Of a stretch of DNA of 64,000 nucleotides, positions 1 through 12,847 are shown one piece after another; the first letter of the stretch is position 1, and each line of letters starts with the position of its first letter. Source of the stretch: Proteromonas lacertae (Eukaryota). The translations under genes and the position numbers were made by a program. The stretch spans positions 1 through 64,000 of the forward strand of contig NGBS01001166.1 in the NCBI GenBank assembly GCA_002245135.1. Reading direction: 5' to 3'. The notes under the pieces were generated by a model, which searched no databases, was not told where the DNA came from, and saw only the letters and a list, made by a program, of their open reading frames with translations.

Positions 1-811
1 TTCAGTTAATTCCTCAATGAATGAAAGTGTTTGTGTTTTAAATAATAGTATGAATACTTCAGGATTAATGAAATTTACCAATGAAATACAATAAAGGTAA
101 GTTTTTGTAATTTATTTAATTCAAAAAAATATTATCGTTACACTTCAAGATACATTTTTGTGAAACAAAATGAGCAAGTTAATCAGCATGCTTCAAATTT
201 TATTGTTGTTTATTATAAAGACTGATTAGTGAAAAATAATATTTACACATAATTATTAGGTGATTAACAACGCTAAAGTAAATAATGACTTTATATCTCT
301 CAAATTACTTCATTATAATTATTAGCGCAATTTGTAATGTATAATTCTTCTGAATAAAAATGTTGATGTTCATTTGCTTTATTGTATATCTCTTTACGAT
401 AAAGGTGAGAAATCTATATAGTTTACGTAAATACTCCATTTACCGTAATAAATATGAATTAGCATAACAAAAAATAATCTGCAACTAAAATCTGTCTTTC
501 TTTTATGGATTTCACTTGTGAGTATATAACCGATTTTATCAGTAAATTATATATGTAAAAAATGAGTATTAAAATTTAGCGCGATTTTGAAGAAAGCGGC
601 AAAATGTAATTTTAGAAATTCAAGTTTTACATCGTCCAATCATCTGCATCATTCAATTCTATTATTATTTGTTGCAGTTCTCGATATAATACATTCATAT
701 AATAATTATTATCTCATATTAAGTATCTAAGACTTTTGTTATTGAATTTTAGTAGTAATTTATTTTATATATATTCTTACATATATACTTCAAGGACACA
801 AAACATTAGCC

Positions 812-1720
812 ATGTCAATTATGGAATTAGTAATATAAATCAAGAAGATAAGATAATTGAATTATCTGATTTAGAAGACCTTCACCTACCTCCACTTGAT
901 GGTATTACAAGTTTTGATGATTATGTTAATTGTGTATATAGTGATGATTTATGTAGTTCACAAAGCAGTCTAAAAAATAACGATTTCAGTTATACCATGG
1001 AGTTAAGTAGCGACGCTGAAAACGTTGAACATATAGAAATTAATGATATGAACGATGATGAAAGATGTGATAAGATATCGATATTAAAAGTGAAGATAAT
1101 TTCAGTTTAACAACAAAGAAATGCTGCTTTTGTTATAGGAAATCTATTTTGCGAAATATGTTTATTTTTGAGAACAACAAACACTATAAAAAGAACAATT
1201 TCATATGTTTAAAATGTTCATCAAATTTGTCAGTAAGCAGACTGTTAAAAGATTGGGAAAAAGAACCTAATACTACAAAACCATAATATGTAAAAGATGT
1301 AATAAAGAGAAATCATATTATAGATTTAAAGGAAACAACAAATACTGTGATTATTGCCTTTTAAAAAGAAGTGGTCAAGATTAAGAACAAATAATGAATG
1401 TGAAAACATAAATGATGATAGTGTATGTCAAGATACGAAGTATGCGATATCAAAGGTTAAGCAAAAATGTAATTTGTTGTTTCTGTAAAGAAAGCGTTAT
1501 TATTAGTGAATGCTTTAAATTTTATGAGAATACTAATGATAATTATTCTGATAAATGATATGCTTATATTGCTCTCTAAATATAAAAGATTGGAGATGTG
1601 TTAAGAGATTGGGAAGATTCTATATATATAATAGACGGAACTATGTAGTAGATGTAAAAAAATAAAATCTTAGATAGATTTAAAAAAGAAACAGTGGATG
1701 TGAATATTGTTCATTGAAAA
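812..1720 (+). pseudogene. Decayed member of the Cys-rich family at 12142/13364, with two tandem modules
   Basis: Read across frameshifts and stops: KKCCFC...ICLKC...LKDWE...ICKRC..K...YCDYC (1116-1357), then ICCFC...ECF...ICLYC...LRDWE...LCSRC..K...GCEYC (1475-1710). Same pattern as the 13364 protein. Acidic N-terminal part is ORF 736-1110. Confidence 0.65.
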
Positions 1721-1800
1721 AAAAAGAATCTATTTGCTGAATAAACACTAATAATATTATGCGTTGTGTTTAAAGTATTTGTTTATATCATTATTTCTAC

Positions 1801-2683
1801 ATAATTCTATATCATTAATGGAGATGGAATTTACAAATATAACACATCCTTCTCCTTCATTCTGTTTTATTGAGATTAGTCTTTTATCCATATCATATAT
1901 TAATTCATATATATCACCATCCTTATAAATATAATTTGGATTTGTTACTTGATTTATTATAACTAACATCATTTATACTATCATCACACAAAATTACTTG
2001 AATGAAATACTGTAACAGTTTTTATAACACCAAATCCTGGTTTACTACTTACATTAAATAATGCTCTATATTTAAAATGATAATACCACTTTCCGGTTTG
2101 ACATTTAAATAACAATGACCATAGCCACTTTTACAGTATTCTTTAAACAGATAATCAAACATAGGTAAAGAATAATTAGATTTTACTGTTATTTCTCCAG
2201 TTCTTTTGTTAAATACTAAACCATCTGGAGGGTTAGGATTAACTGAAAATTCACAATTATCACCATCGTTTTCACATTCTATTGATTTGTAAATAAATAT
2301 CATTTACTATTTATCATCAATTCTTTCATCATTTCTGTTTTTAAATAACTCCAAATTGTAGAACAAACACAATATCAACATATTTATAACATTCGCTTCG
2401 TTTATATCTATTCTTCCTCCTCCATAATACTTAATTAACATACATAAACTATCTTTATTCACTCTATTCGCAATTTTGAGCGCTTTTTTCACTTTGTGGA
2501 TCTTTTATCAATTTACTGAATATTTTATTACAATATCGCATCATTGATTTTATTACATTAATTTTATCACCATTACTCAACTCTAAATCATCAAATCCAG
2601 CATTTATCATATCAAAAATCATACTATTGTATGTAAATATACAAAATATACCTATTATCACTTATATATTTAATAAATATCAT
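1801..2683 (-). pseudogene. Internally deleted, frameshifted copy of the BTB-He_PIG-SPRY gene at 2815-4983
   Basis: Near-identical segments (MIFDMxNAGF, SLCMLIKYYGGGRIDINE, PNPPDGLVFNKRTGEI, HCYLNVKxESGI, GDIYELIYDMDKR) joined across deletions. First intron and upstream DNA are also duplicated. Confidence 0.85.
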
Positions 2684-2772
2684 CTATTTAAGAAGTTATC
2701 AAAGAAAAATAAGATGAAATGTTTGATTCTGATTTGTAATTCTAAAATGAATTTTTTAAAATAAATCATCAC
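2681..2772. repeat. Duplicated 5' flank, partner at 4981-5072
   Basis: catctatttaagaagttatcaaagaaaaataagatgaaatg..ttgattctgatttgt occurs at both positions. Confidence 0.9.
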
Positions 2773-2814
2773 ACAAGATAATTAGAATATTATAATAATA
2801 ATATAATACATCGA

Positions 2815-4983
2815 TTAACTGTATATCTCTATTGTATTTTCATTAAGATGAAAAGATTGTTGAGAACTGTTTAGAAAAGCAAACGGATATAATGGAGATG
2901 GAATATTTTCAAATATAACACATTCTTCTCCATCATTTTGTTTGATGGATATTATTCTTTTATCCATATCATATATCAATTCATAAATATCTCCATTATT
3001 ATAAGAATATTCCGGATCATCTACTTGATTTTCACCAAACAATGTAGTAGTGTCATCTATGTAAATTGCAAAAGAGTTATCATCTTCACAGATATTATTT
3101 CCATTGTAATTATTAATAGTTGAAACACCAAAACCTGGTGCGCTGTATTGGTTAAAAGTTGTTTTGTATTTTATATGATAAATACCACTTTCCATTTTCA
3201 CATTTAAATAACAATGACTAAAACTATCTCCAACTTTTTCTGAATTAATACTTTCGTTAAAATCTATTCCATTACTACAACATACTGTTTTACCATTGTC
3301 GTTTATTATCATTCCTGCGCTACAAAAATCTTCTACAAACAGATGATTGACTAATGATAATTTGAAAGATTTCTCAATGTAATATTGTTTACATATTACT
3401 TCATATTCAAATACTGGTGCTTTAAAATATCGAGTTATTATTATTTCTCCAGTTCTTTTGTTAAATACTAAACCATCAGGAGGATTAGGATAAATTGAAA
3501 ATTCACATTCATCTCCATCATGTTGGCATTCTATTGATTTATCTTCTTTTAAATCAATATAAATCTCATTCGATGGATACTTAAAGTAGGTAAGTGGATT
3601 TAATAATGTTTTAATAATTATTTCATCCTTTATTATATCTTTCATTTCTTTTCTTACATTTTCATATTTCAGAATTCTTATTTGCTTAATGTAAGATGAT
3701 ATTGCACTAACAGTATGAGATGATAATGAGTTATCTGCGAGTATTTCAAATAATATTCTATATCCATGAACCGTGCATATTACATTCAATATTTCTTCAT
3801 TTAAGAAATAGGAAAGTGATTTTAATGTTAATTTCTTTTCTATTTCGCTTGTTTCAACATTTTCATATTCATTAATTATCTGATTCACAATTCTTGTATT
3901 TGTTTTATCATCAACTATTTAAAATAAACTATATATATACTTTTGATTTGTTTTTCATGTTTATCTAAGGTTATTATCATCACTTTTACTATTCTCAAAT
4001 TTGATGAGTTTAATACATTATTCACATCTTCTTCTGTTATATCTTCTTCTTCGATTTCATTATAGCAATATTCATCATCCAATAATAGAGTAGGATTAAA
4101 ACAATACTTATTTAAATATTTTAATAGTTTAGGATTAGATACTTCTGGAATTGGATAATATTCATGATTGATTGGATTTGATGATGATGTAACTATATCC
4201 ATTAAATTATCAAACAATTTTAATTCTTTAAATGGAACAGTTTTGATTGTAAATTCACTCCAATTCACATATTTGAGTAATTCTTCAAATCTCTGTTTAT
4301 TTTCATTTTCATCTATTTAACAGTAGAAATTATCAAATATTATACTCTCTATTTCATTCTTGAAGATTTTATAATACCCCATTAATCCATTCAATATTTG
4401 ATTTTCATTATTCATTTTCACATTTTCTATTGATAAAATCTCTTTTATTCCATCTACACAAATTGTATTTATCTCTTCTTTTGACAATAAATAAATACAA
4501 TTGTATTTTATAAACTCTTTACTTTTCATCATCAATTCTTTCATCATTTCTGTTTTAAATAACTCCAAATTGTTCAATAAACACTTTACTATCTTTATAT
4601 TCACATGATTTAAACAGTATTTACTCAATTTTGATATTAGTTCTTTCTCGTTGTAGAACAAACACAATATCAACATATTTATAACATTCTCTTCGTTTAT
4701 ATCTATTCTTCCTCCTCCATAATACTTAATTAACATACATAAACTGTCCTTGTTAACTTCGTTTGCAATTTTGAGTGTTTTTTCACACTGAGAGTCCATT
4801 AGCAATTTCTGGAATGTTTCATTACAATAACACATCATTGATTTTATTACATTAATTTTATCACCATTACTCAACTCCAACTCTAAATCACCAAATCCAG
4901 CATTTACCATATCAAAAATCATACTATTATATGTAAATATATAAAATATACCCGCTATTGCTTATATTTTTGATGAACATCAT
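2815..4983 (-). CDS. BTB/BACK + He_PIG-like repeat + SPRY/B30.2-like protein (3 introns)
   Basis: BTB-like DLELELSNGDKINVIKSMMCYCNETF...YYGGGRIDINEENV; BACK-like region; PPDGLVFNKRTGEI (He_PIG-like); SPRY-like ESGIYHIKYK...GDIYELIYDMDKRIISIKQN...PLYPF. ORFs 4317-4922, 3915-4268 and 2815-3888 join via short GT-AG introns. Confidence 0.75.
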
Positions 4984-5120
4984 CTATTTAAGAAGTTATC
5001 AAAGAAAAATAAGATGAAATGATTGATTCTGATTTGTGTATGTAAAATGAATATTTTGAATTATCATCACAACAACACAATCAAAACAGAAGGCAAGTTT
5101 TAAAAAATTATAAATACAAA

Positions 5121-5913
5121 CTAAATATATAATTTACTCAATAAGGCACTTCCAATAGAGTATTTTAACTCACTAATTCCAAACTCTTTATGACAACTAA
5201 TCATATTAAACCATTGTGCTGTTGATAAATGACTTTGTATTGATTTTGTCACACTTTCTATCAATTCCTTATATTTAGAAAGAGGTATTAAATCTAATTT
5301 CGTAATTACTATCTGGTTCATAATACCAGCTTTATCTAACAACTGTAATATCATTTCATCTTGTTCATCAATTCCTCTCTTTGCTTCAATTAATAGAAAT
5401 ACTTTGTTAAACATTTCTTTTGAATGAGATAAATAACTTCCTATTAAAGATTGATATTTGTTACGCTGTTTATGTGATTGTTTTGCATAACCATAACCTG
5501 GTAAATCTACAATATATGCCTTATTGTTGTATAGAGAATAATAATTGATGGATTGCGTTTTTCCTGGAAGTTTAGATGTTTTTGCTATTGTTGATTTTGT
5601 AATTGTGTTTATTAAAGTAGATTTTCCAACATTTGATTTGCCAATAAATGCAACTTCACCTAGTCCTTCAACATTTACTTCATTAAGTTCATTACTATTA
5701 AAAATTGTATCTATTAATTATGCTGATACAATTATTATTCATACAAGTAATAACTGGTCTTTGAGAGAAGAGTTTATCAGTTGTATTTTTTATAAGAGGT
5801 GTAAATTCTTCCATACTTCCATCATCTAATGCTGATACTACAGATTTCCCTGTAGGATTATACGAAAAACATCTTCTAACTATCAGAAATGGCTTAAATC
5901 TAAGAATCGACAT
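5121..5913 (-). CDS. engB: EngB/YihA/YsxC GTPase with presequence-like N-terminus (1 intron)
   Basis: EVAFIGKSNVGKST (G1), PGKTQSIN (G2), VDLPGYGYA (G3), ITKLD (G4). N-terminus MSILRFKPFLIVRRCFS. Confidence 0.9.
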
Positions 5914-5956
5914 TAATCATCTCAAGCTTTTCATCAAACTAGATTGTTGATTTAAA

Positions 5957-6426
5957 ATGGTATTTTTGAATTTATTACGATATAGGGTCGAATCAGAACT
6001 TCTGAGATAAAAAGAGGAGCAAGAATATTGGTTCAAAAACATTATAATAAACTGAATTTAGATTTTGTTAACAATAAACAAGTATATACTCACTTTATCA
6101 TTATTTATAGGTTGTTAAACAATATACCCAAGTGACATCTAAAAAAGATATTAATCAAATTGCTGGTTACGCAACAGTATAAATATTTCTAATTTTATCT
6201 GTATAGCACCTATTGAAAAGAATGCAGAATGAAGGTAACTCTGATATACTTGTTCAAAAAGAATATGAACTTCTTCAAAGAATGTATCTTTCATATATTT
6301 TTTCTAATTCTTAGTCGTGATTTTGAGCCTGAGTTTAAAGATCTATTCAAACAAGGTGTAAAGATTGATCAAAAGACAAAAGACTTGTTTAAAGATATGG
6401 GTTTAGAAAAAGAATCATTTACATAA
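5957..6426 (+). CDS. RPS17: Divergent 40S ribosomal protein eS17 (4 introns)
   Basis: Spliced: MGRIRTSEIKRGARILVQKHYNKLNLDFVNNKQVVKQYTQVTSKKDINQIAGYATHLLKRMQNEG...KIDQKTKDLFKDMG. First intron 5960-5985 follows the ATG directly. Confidence 0.85.
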
Positions 6427-6507
6427 AAACTATTTATTAATTCGTGTTGTAAATAAATAATTAAGAGTTGAATTTTTCCTTTTTTATTTATATTATTTTT
6501 GTTATAA

Positions 6508-8155
6508 TCATTTGTTGTTGTCTACATATAATTTGTTACTCGATTGAATACTTTTCCTACAACTAGGACAGTTCTATGTTAAAAAATATATTAATATTTA
6601 TATATACTTTACCGGCCGCCGACTTTGCACATTTTTCACATGCACAATAACAGCCACATGGAATTAATACGTGTGAAATCTCATTTTTATTACATATTCT
6701 ACATTTGAAGGTTATATCACGACGATTATTCTGCTGTTGCTCTGTTTTTTCTCTTATTCTTCTCTGTAATTCATAAAATTTTGACTGTCTTCCATACTCA
6801 CCTAAATCTAAATAATTAGTAAAACTATTTTCATTAATTTCTTCATCTGGATTTTCACAATTATCAATCATTTCACCTAATGCATTTGTAACTGAAGCTA
6901 AATCTTTATATCCATTTCTTTTAGCAACTCTATAAGCTGCAGGATAGTATGATAATAAACGAGAATCATAATAAAATTTGTTTGTTTTTTTATCTTTATT
7001 ATTATTATTAGTTTCATCGACTTCCATAGTATTTGGTATATGAATTTTACCATTATATTTATTACAATAAATATTCACTTCATGATTAAACATATCAGTT
7101 TCTAAATCTTGAATATCTGTCTTTTTACCAAACATATACAAATCATTATAAAAATCTGATCCATTAAACCCACCAAATATAAACATAACCTTTCCAATAT
7201 GACAGGAAGAATGGCCTCTTCTACTTCCAGGTGATAATTCAAGTGAATTCAATTTAATATTGTAATCATTGCTATGACTTTTAACTTCTAAACGATTTAC
7301 TGTTTCATAATTACTGTACATTCCTCCAAATATAAAGAAAAGCTTTTCACCAATACATTCAACAGTATGACCTGATTTCCCATAATCATCATCATCATCA
7401 TCATCATCTTGTCGCCATGTATTTTTCTTTGTATTATATATCCATGAATCATTATATATACTTTTATAATCAAAACTGCATCCTCCGATTAATCTGATAT
7501 AATGATTGTCATAATAGTTGAAAGTATGAAATATTCTTGGAGATGGTGAAGCTTCTGGATAATTCTAATTCGTGTACATCTATACATATTGTATTATTTT
7601 GTTTCTTGACACCTAATTTATAGAATTTTCTACTTAAATTATTTTCATTTCTTCCTCCAAACATGTAAATTATTGGATTATCTTCATTTCTATCATCTAC
7701 ACACCAACTGTGATAACACAACTTTCCAATAATATCTTTACTCAAATTGATAGTTACTTTCTTAAGTTCATCAGTACTAGTGTCAAAACATACAAAATCA
7801 CTCAGTATATGTGATGTTTTGTCTTTCTCAATATACCTTCCTCCATGAACTAAGATATATCTATAATAATAGGTATAACGATTAAATAATATATACCTTT
7901 TAAATAAAACAGTGGTAACATGTCCTGATCTACTTGAAATTGATCCTTTAGTAACTTCCCAAGTCTTTAAGGATAAATTATAACATACAATGTTATCGAA
8001 ATATGTTCTGTAATTTGAACTATTAAAGAAATTGTGAAATGGATATACCCACCAATTAAGTACAATTTATTGTCAATAGGTGTTAAAGTTGCTCCCCATC
8101 GTGTAGCTGGATACTCTGAGAAGTAACTTTCACACCTCTTCCATGCATAAGCCAT
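6508..8155 (-). CDS. Kelch-repeat + C-terminal RING protein, copy 1 (3 introns; +1 frameshift near 7560)
   Basis: Repeated Kelch motifs (RWGATL, LIGG, RSGH, MFGG, RRGHSSC, IFGG). RING-like CRIC...LIPCGCYCACEKC...CPSCR after splicing. Confidence 0.8.
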
Positions 8156-8271
8156 GTAAATAACGAAAAGAAAAAATGTATCAAATCAGAATCAAGCCTT
8201 CGTTTCTTTTTTACATAAGAAATAACATAAAAGAAATTGAGTTTTTACATATATTATTTAACCATTCTATT

Positions 8272-10007
8272 TTAATCTACTTCACTAAAGTATATCTTCA
8301 ATACACGCTCAACATCCTTGTTACAAACAATACATTGCTATTAAAATAATATATAATCAACAATATATAAAATATACTTTCCCTTTCAAATCATTAGCAC
8401 ATTCTTCACAATAGTAATAACATCCACAAGGTACTGCACAATAAGAAATAATATTCTTTTCACATTTCTTACATCTTACTTTCTTCATTTTTTCTAATCT
8501 TTTATTCAAACTAACCAATTCTTTTTCACTTCTTTCTACTTTCTTCAATTTTCCTTTATCAACAAAATACTCTTTGAATAAATCCAAACTTATAGTTAAT
8601 CCTAATATTTTCATATTTTTTAATATATCTTGAGCTCTTTCAATCGAAAACTCATTCTCTTTCACATAATTATAAATCTCTTCATTTTCAAATAATAAAT
8701 CATACTTATACAACGTTGTATTTCCTTCCATATTCAAACCATATTTAAAATCTTTTAGTTCTATATCATATTTATTAGCCAACATAACTAAATCATCACT
8801 TGTCAATGAAGCAATCATATCGTATCGAATATTCTCTTTCTGTAAAATATCTATTATATTACTATCTTCAATTGCATATTCACTCTTTGATAATTGATTT
8901 TTTCTCTCAGACTCTATTAATGTCTTTAATTCATGGCCTTTTATTATCTTCTTTTTATTGCTATAAAACCACATATCATTATAAAATCCATTGTTATTAA
9001 AACCTCCTAATATATATAAACTATTATTATATGTTAAACTACAATGTCCTCTTCTTACATCAGGATTTAAAGATCCAACAATACTAACAGAACAGTCATA
9101 TTTAAATGAATTATAATCAATATTATTATTATTATTATTATTATTTATAGTAATTTCAATAATATCATTCGTATCAACATATGTTGTTGAGATAGAAGTC
9201 ATCCCTCCAAATATGTATATTTTACCATTCATATATTCAGCAATATGTCCCCATTTTGGTGTATAACAACAGTTTTCTTCTATACCAATCTTATTCCATT
9301 TATAACATTTATTATCAAAATCATAAGTAAATATCCAAATATCTTCATTGTATTTTCTATAGTCTAAACTACATCCACCTATCAAAACACTGCAATTATA
9401 ATCAGGATAATAGGTTAATGTTGAGAATATATATGGATCTGGTGATGTTGGTGTTTCAAGTTTATATATTCCTAATGTAATTATAGAATTGTCATGTTTA
9501 TCTTGATTTATATCAACAAGATAGGATGATTTATTTAATTCTTTCGATTCTACTGTGCATCCTCCATATACTAATATTTGAGTATGTTCTTCATTTGTAA
9601 AACACCATGAATGATACATTAAAGATGGAATTGATATGTCTGTTGTGAGAATTGGTTTAGATTCAAGATTTGCTTGAGTATCATATACAGTGAATTGATC
9701 ACATTGTTTGATTTGCTTATTTTTAAATATATGACCTCCATGGACTAATATAAATCTATCAAATAAAGGTATGGCAATATGATGAGTTCTTTTTATGGAA
9801 TAGTTTTCTTCTTCCCATATGTTTGTCAAAATGTTGTAGGAATTTATTTGGCTGGTATCTTTTGTTGATTTATTATATGACCTATTATGTAAAAACATCT
9901 AAAAAATACCCACCAATAAGATATAACTTCTGCTTTATTCTACTAAATGTAGATCCCCATCTAGGTGTTGGAACAATGCTCTCTGTGATTATTTTTGACC
10001 AGATCAT
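8272..10007 (-). CDS. Kelch-repeat + C-terminal RING protein, copy 2 (2 introns)
   Basis: MIWSKIITESIVPTPRWGST...LIGG spliced into ORF 8357-9898. RING-like CKKC...VPCGCYYYCEEC...QCIVC. First and last introns are at the same positions as in copy 1. Confidence 0.85.
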
Positions 10008-10071
10008 AACGAAAATGAGCTAAATAAAAAAGTATTTTGGTCAAATCAAATCAATCTATTTAGGCTTGAAA

Positions 10072-10083
10072 TTTAGCGCCAAA
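10072..10083. promoter_or_regulatory. E2F/DP-type site just upstream of RPA3
   Basis: TTTAGCGCCAAA (minus strand TTTGGCGCTAAA) ends 8 nt before the RPA3 ATG. CG-rich words are rare in this window. Confidence 0.5.
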
Positions 10084-10091
10084 GTGAGAAA

Positions 10092-10564
10092 ATGGCAGAA
10101 GTATGAAAATCAGTTTATCATTTTGTGTTTATAGGATGGAAAATATATTAGAGTGAATTCTGGATTATTGGGATCCCATATTAATCAGACTGTGAGTGTA
10201 ATTGGCAAAGTAATGACTGTCGATGGTCAAACAGTGATATTAAATGCATCTGTATAATACATTATTTTATTTTGTATTATAATAGGATGGAGGACGTATT
10301 ACTATAACTTCCCAAAATGCTTCTTCTATGTATTATCCAAAGTATATATAGAAATTGTTATATTATGGTTATATTAGTCGATTTGTTGAGGTTATTGGAA
10401 ATGTCAATCCTGATATGACAATTCTTGAACATAGAGTAGGTTTTTTAAATGATGAATTTGGTATTTATATATCTACATACTTACCATTTATAATTCTAAT
10501 AGAATTGGGAGTTTATAATGAGTTGGTTGAATTAGCTGCTGGGAAATATTCTTATTTATTTTAA
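10092..10564 (+). CDS. RPA3: Replication protein A 14 kDa subunit (4 introns)
   Basis: Spliced: MAEDGKYIRVNSGLLGSHINQTVSVIGKVMTVDGQTVILNASDGGRITI...RFVEVIGNVNPDMTI...FELGVYNELVELA. Confidence 0.85.
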
Positions 10565-10741
10565 TTTCTATATGTATCTCTGATTGTTGTATTTTAAAAT
10601 AATGTCATAATGCAACTATATTGATTAGGCAAAGAGAATTGGTTGAAAAACGATTGAAAAGAGAAAAGCTTGACTCGAAAATTGTCGGTTGGTTGAACCA
10701 TTTTAATTTCTATTCCATTTTCTTCTTGTCATGTTGTATCA

Positions 10742-11755
10742 ATGAGTAAATCACCTCCACCATTTAGTCTTGATAATGAATCTGTAGCATTGGCTAAATA
10801 TCTTTTATGTATATTCGTATGGTTAGTATATTTTAGTAAATAAAGAAGACTGCCTGTTAATTTATAAGTCATTTAATAAATTATCTAACAAGTATTGATA
10901 TAATTTTATTACCTTTAATATAGTCTTCCTGTTTTGAGTTTAGTTGATTTTTTTAAGTGCTTTCATATTCATACTGAATCTCCATTAGCCCAGGGTTTAT
11001 CAACTAGAAAAGAGTATTTAACTTGGAATGAATATTTTAAAGTCATTATGATTTTTGGGCAAGTTGATCCAGAATTAACCCTTAAATTAATATTTATTCT
11101 TTTACATTTTGATTACAATCGTGTTTATAATGCTGATCAGATTGCTGATGTTATTAGGTGTGTTAGTTGTTTAAACAATATTCCAGACCAGCCAGCATTT
11201 CAAAAATATCTTGTATATGATTTGAATAACGATGGGTGTCTGTCTTTTAGACAATTAGCTTTGTATTTGCATGATACACCTCTATGTTTTACTGAAATAC
11301 TTGAAATTCAAGAAATGATATATGAAAACGTGATGTGCTTGTATAGATTTTATGAAATAGCTCAAAGAAAAGGAATTAGAGATTTTGTTTCACGATATCA
11401 AGATGAACACGATGGAATGAAGCCAAAAGAAGGATTTTTAAGCAGGTTATGTAATGCAATAACACACTCTAGGAGTAAATACGATATTGATTATTATTGT
11501 GAAGAAATAGATGAAGGTGTGATTTTAGAAATGGTTTTAAAAAGTTTACATTATTCATATGATTGTATTGAAAATAAAAGTATTTCAATATTAAAGAGAA
11601 CAGGAAGTGTGTATACTTCGTCTTTAAATACAGCTGGAAGTAAAGTTAATTCAAGATCTTTGAATTCTTCAACTTCTATATATGTTAAATCAAGAGAACA
11701 ATTAGCATGTGTTGCTTCTCTTCCTAGGACAAAGATGTCTCTTAATCAATTGTAA
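10742..11755 (+). CDS. EF-hand protein, calcineurin-B/NCS-like (2 introns)
   Basis: DLNNDGCLSFRQL EF loop plus degenerate EF hands (LTWNEYF, LKLIF..HFDYNRVYNADQI). Confidence 0.6.
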
Positions 11756-12141
11756 AATGTATTTTCGTAAATTATGATAATTAGTTGTTTTAAAAATGTC
11801 ATTTATGGATTATTTTGTTATAAATATCTGTGTTTTATATTAAACTATGAGAAATAATAGTCTTGTAAAAATTTTACACTATTTAGTTTTAAATACTAAA
11901 TCAGCAGTTATGATGTATTAACCATTTGGTCAATACTGAACATAATATTTTATAATAAGGCAAGCATTTCTAGACTACACAATTTAATCACCTTATTTTT
12001 TTTCTTTTATTCTGCATATGCTTGCATGAATATAGTATAAGTGATAAAACAAATTATGTTTTTAGAATAAAGAATTATTGTGTAAAGTAAATATTTAACT
12101 GGGCGAGAAAAAAAGCGCACTTGAATTTTTTATTGTTTGTG

Positions 12142-12847
12142 ATGTACCAGCCTGATATAATAGCCAGAAAATCAGCATTTACACCTGTTATCCCTTATGC
12201 TGAAGATGTTATATATCCAAATGATCCACGAAGACCTCCTAGATTATTTAATCCAGATTACAACCAATATGAAACTTCCTATATACAACAGGTAGATATT
12301 CGAATTGTTAGACAGACTTATTGTAATTTAACAATAGAATGTGATGGATTTAGAAACTTATCTCAGTTCTTTTATGTTCCGCAGCATATTTTAGATTTAT
12401 ATAAAGCTCCAATGACATCGACTATAAAAAGGCACAAAAAAGAATTAAGTAAAGAAGGAATTGAAAAATACCAAATTATAGAAAAGACTAAAGTTAAGTG
12501 TGTAAAATGTGGAAATAATTCAAGTATAACACTCTGTTTCAGCAGCGGTAGCTGTGGATTTTTATGTGTAGAGTGTGCAGTAGGAGTTTTTAACAACGTC
12601 AGTGAATTAAAGAGACTGGGAACCTAATGACAAAGTCATTAACAAAAATGGTATCAGACCTACATACATGAAATGTGAAAGAATAAAACATGCTAAACCA
12701 TTTTCTTCTTTCGTAAGATTTTCTAACAAAAAAAATGATTATGAAATTGGTCATTTGTGTATATTTTGTAGAAACGTTAAACGATTTGAATATCTCATGA
12801 AACAAAAATCAAGAAGATTTAAGAACCAAAAAAGATTAATAATATGA
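12142..12847 (+). CDS. Intronless Cys-rich protein, paralog of 13364, with +1 frameshift near 12610
   Basis: KVKCVKC...CF...LCVEC, then in the shifted frame RDWE...KCERIKHAK..SFVRFSNK...GHLCIFCRNVKRFEY. Collinear with the 13364 protein. Confidence 0.75.

Noticed and set aside
422..431. Palindrome TTTACGTAAA (bZIP-like site)
   Set aside because: Single occurrence upstream of a pseudogene, with no supporting pattern.
6284..6314. RPS17 intron with GTATCTTT donor as a GT-AG U12 intron
   Set aside because: Only 31 nt with a weak branch box, and GTAT is the general donor here; treated as U2-type.
7565..7577. 13-nt GT-AG micro-intron that would fix the Kelch frameshift
   Set aside because: Half the size of the smallest introns seen, and the paralog alignment fits a 1-nt insertion better.
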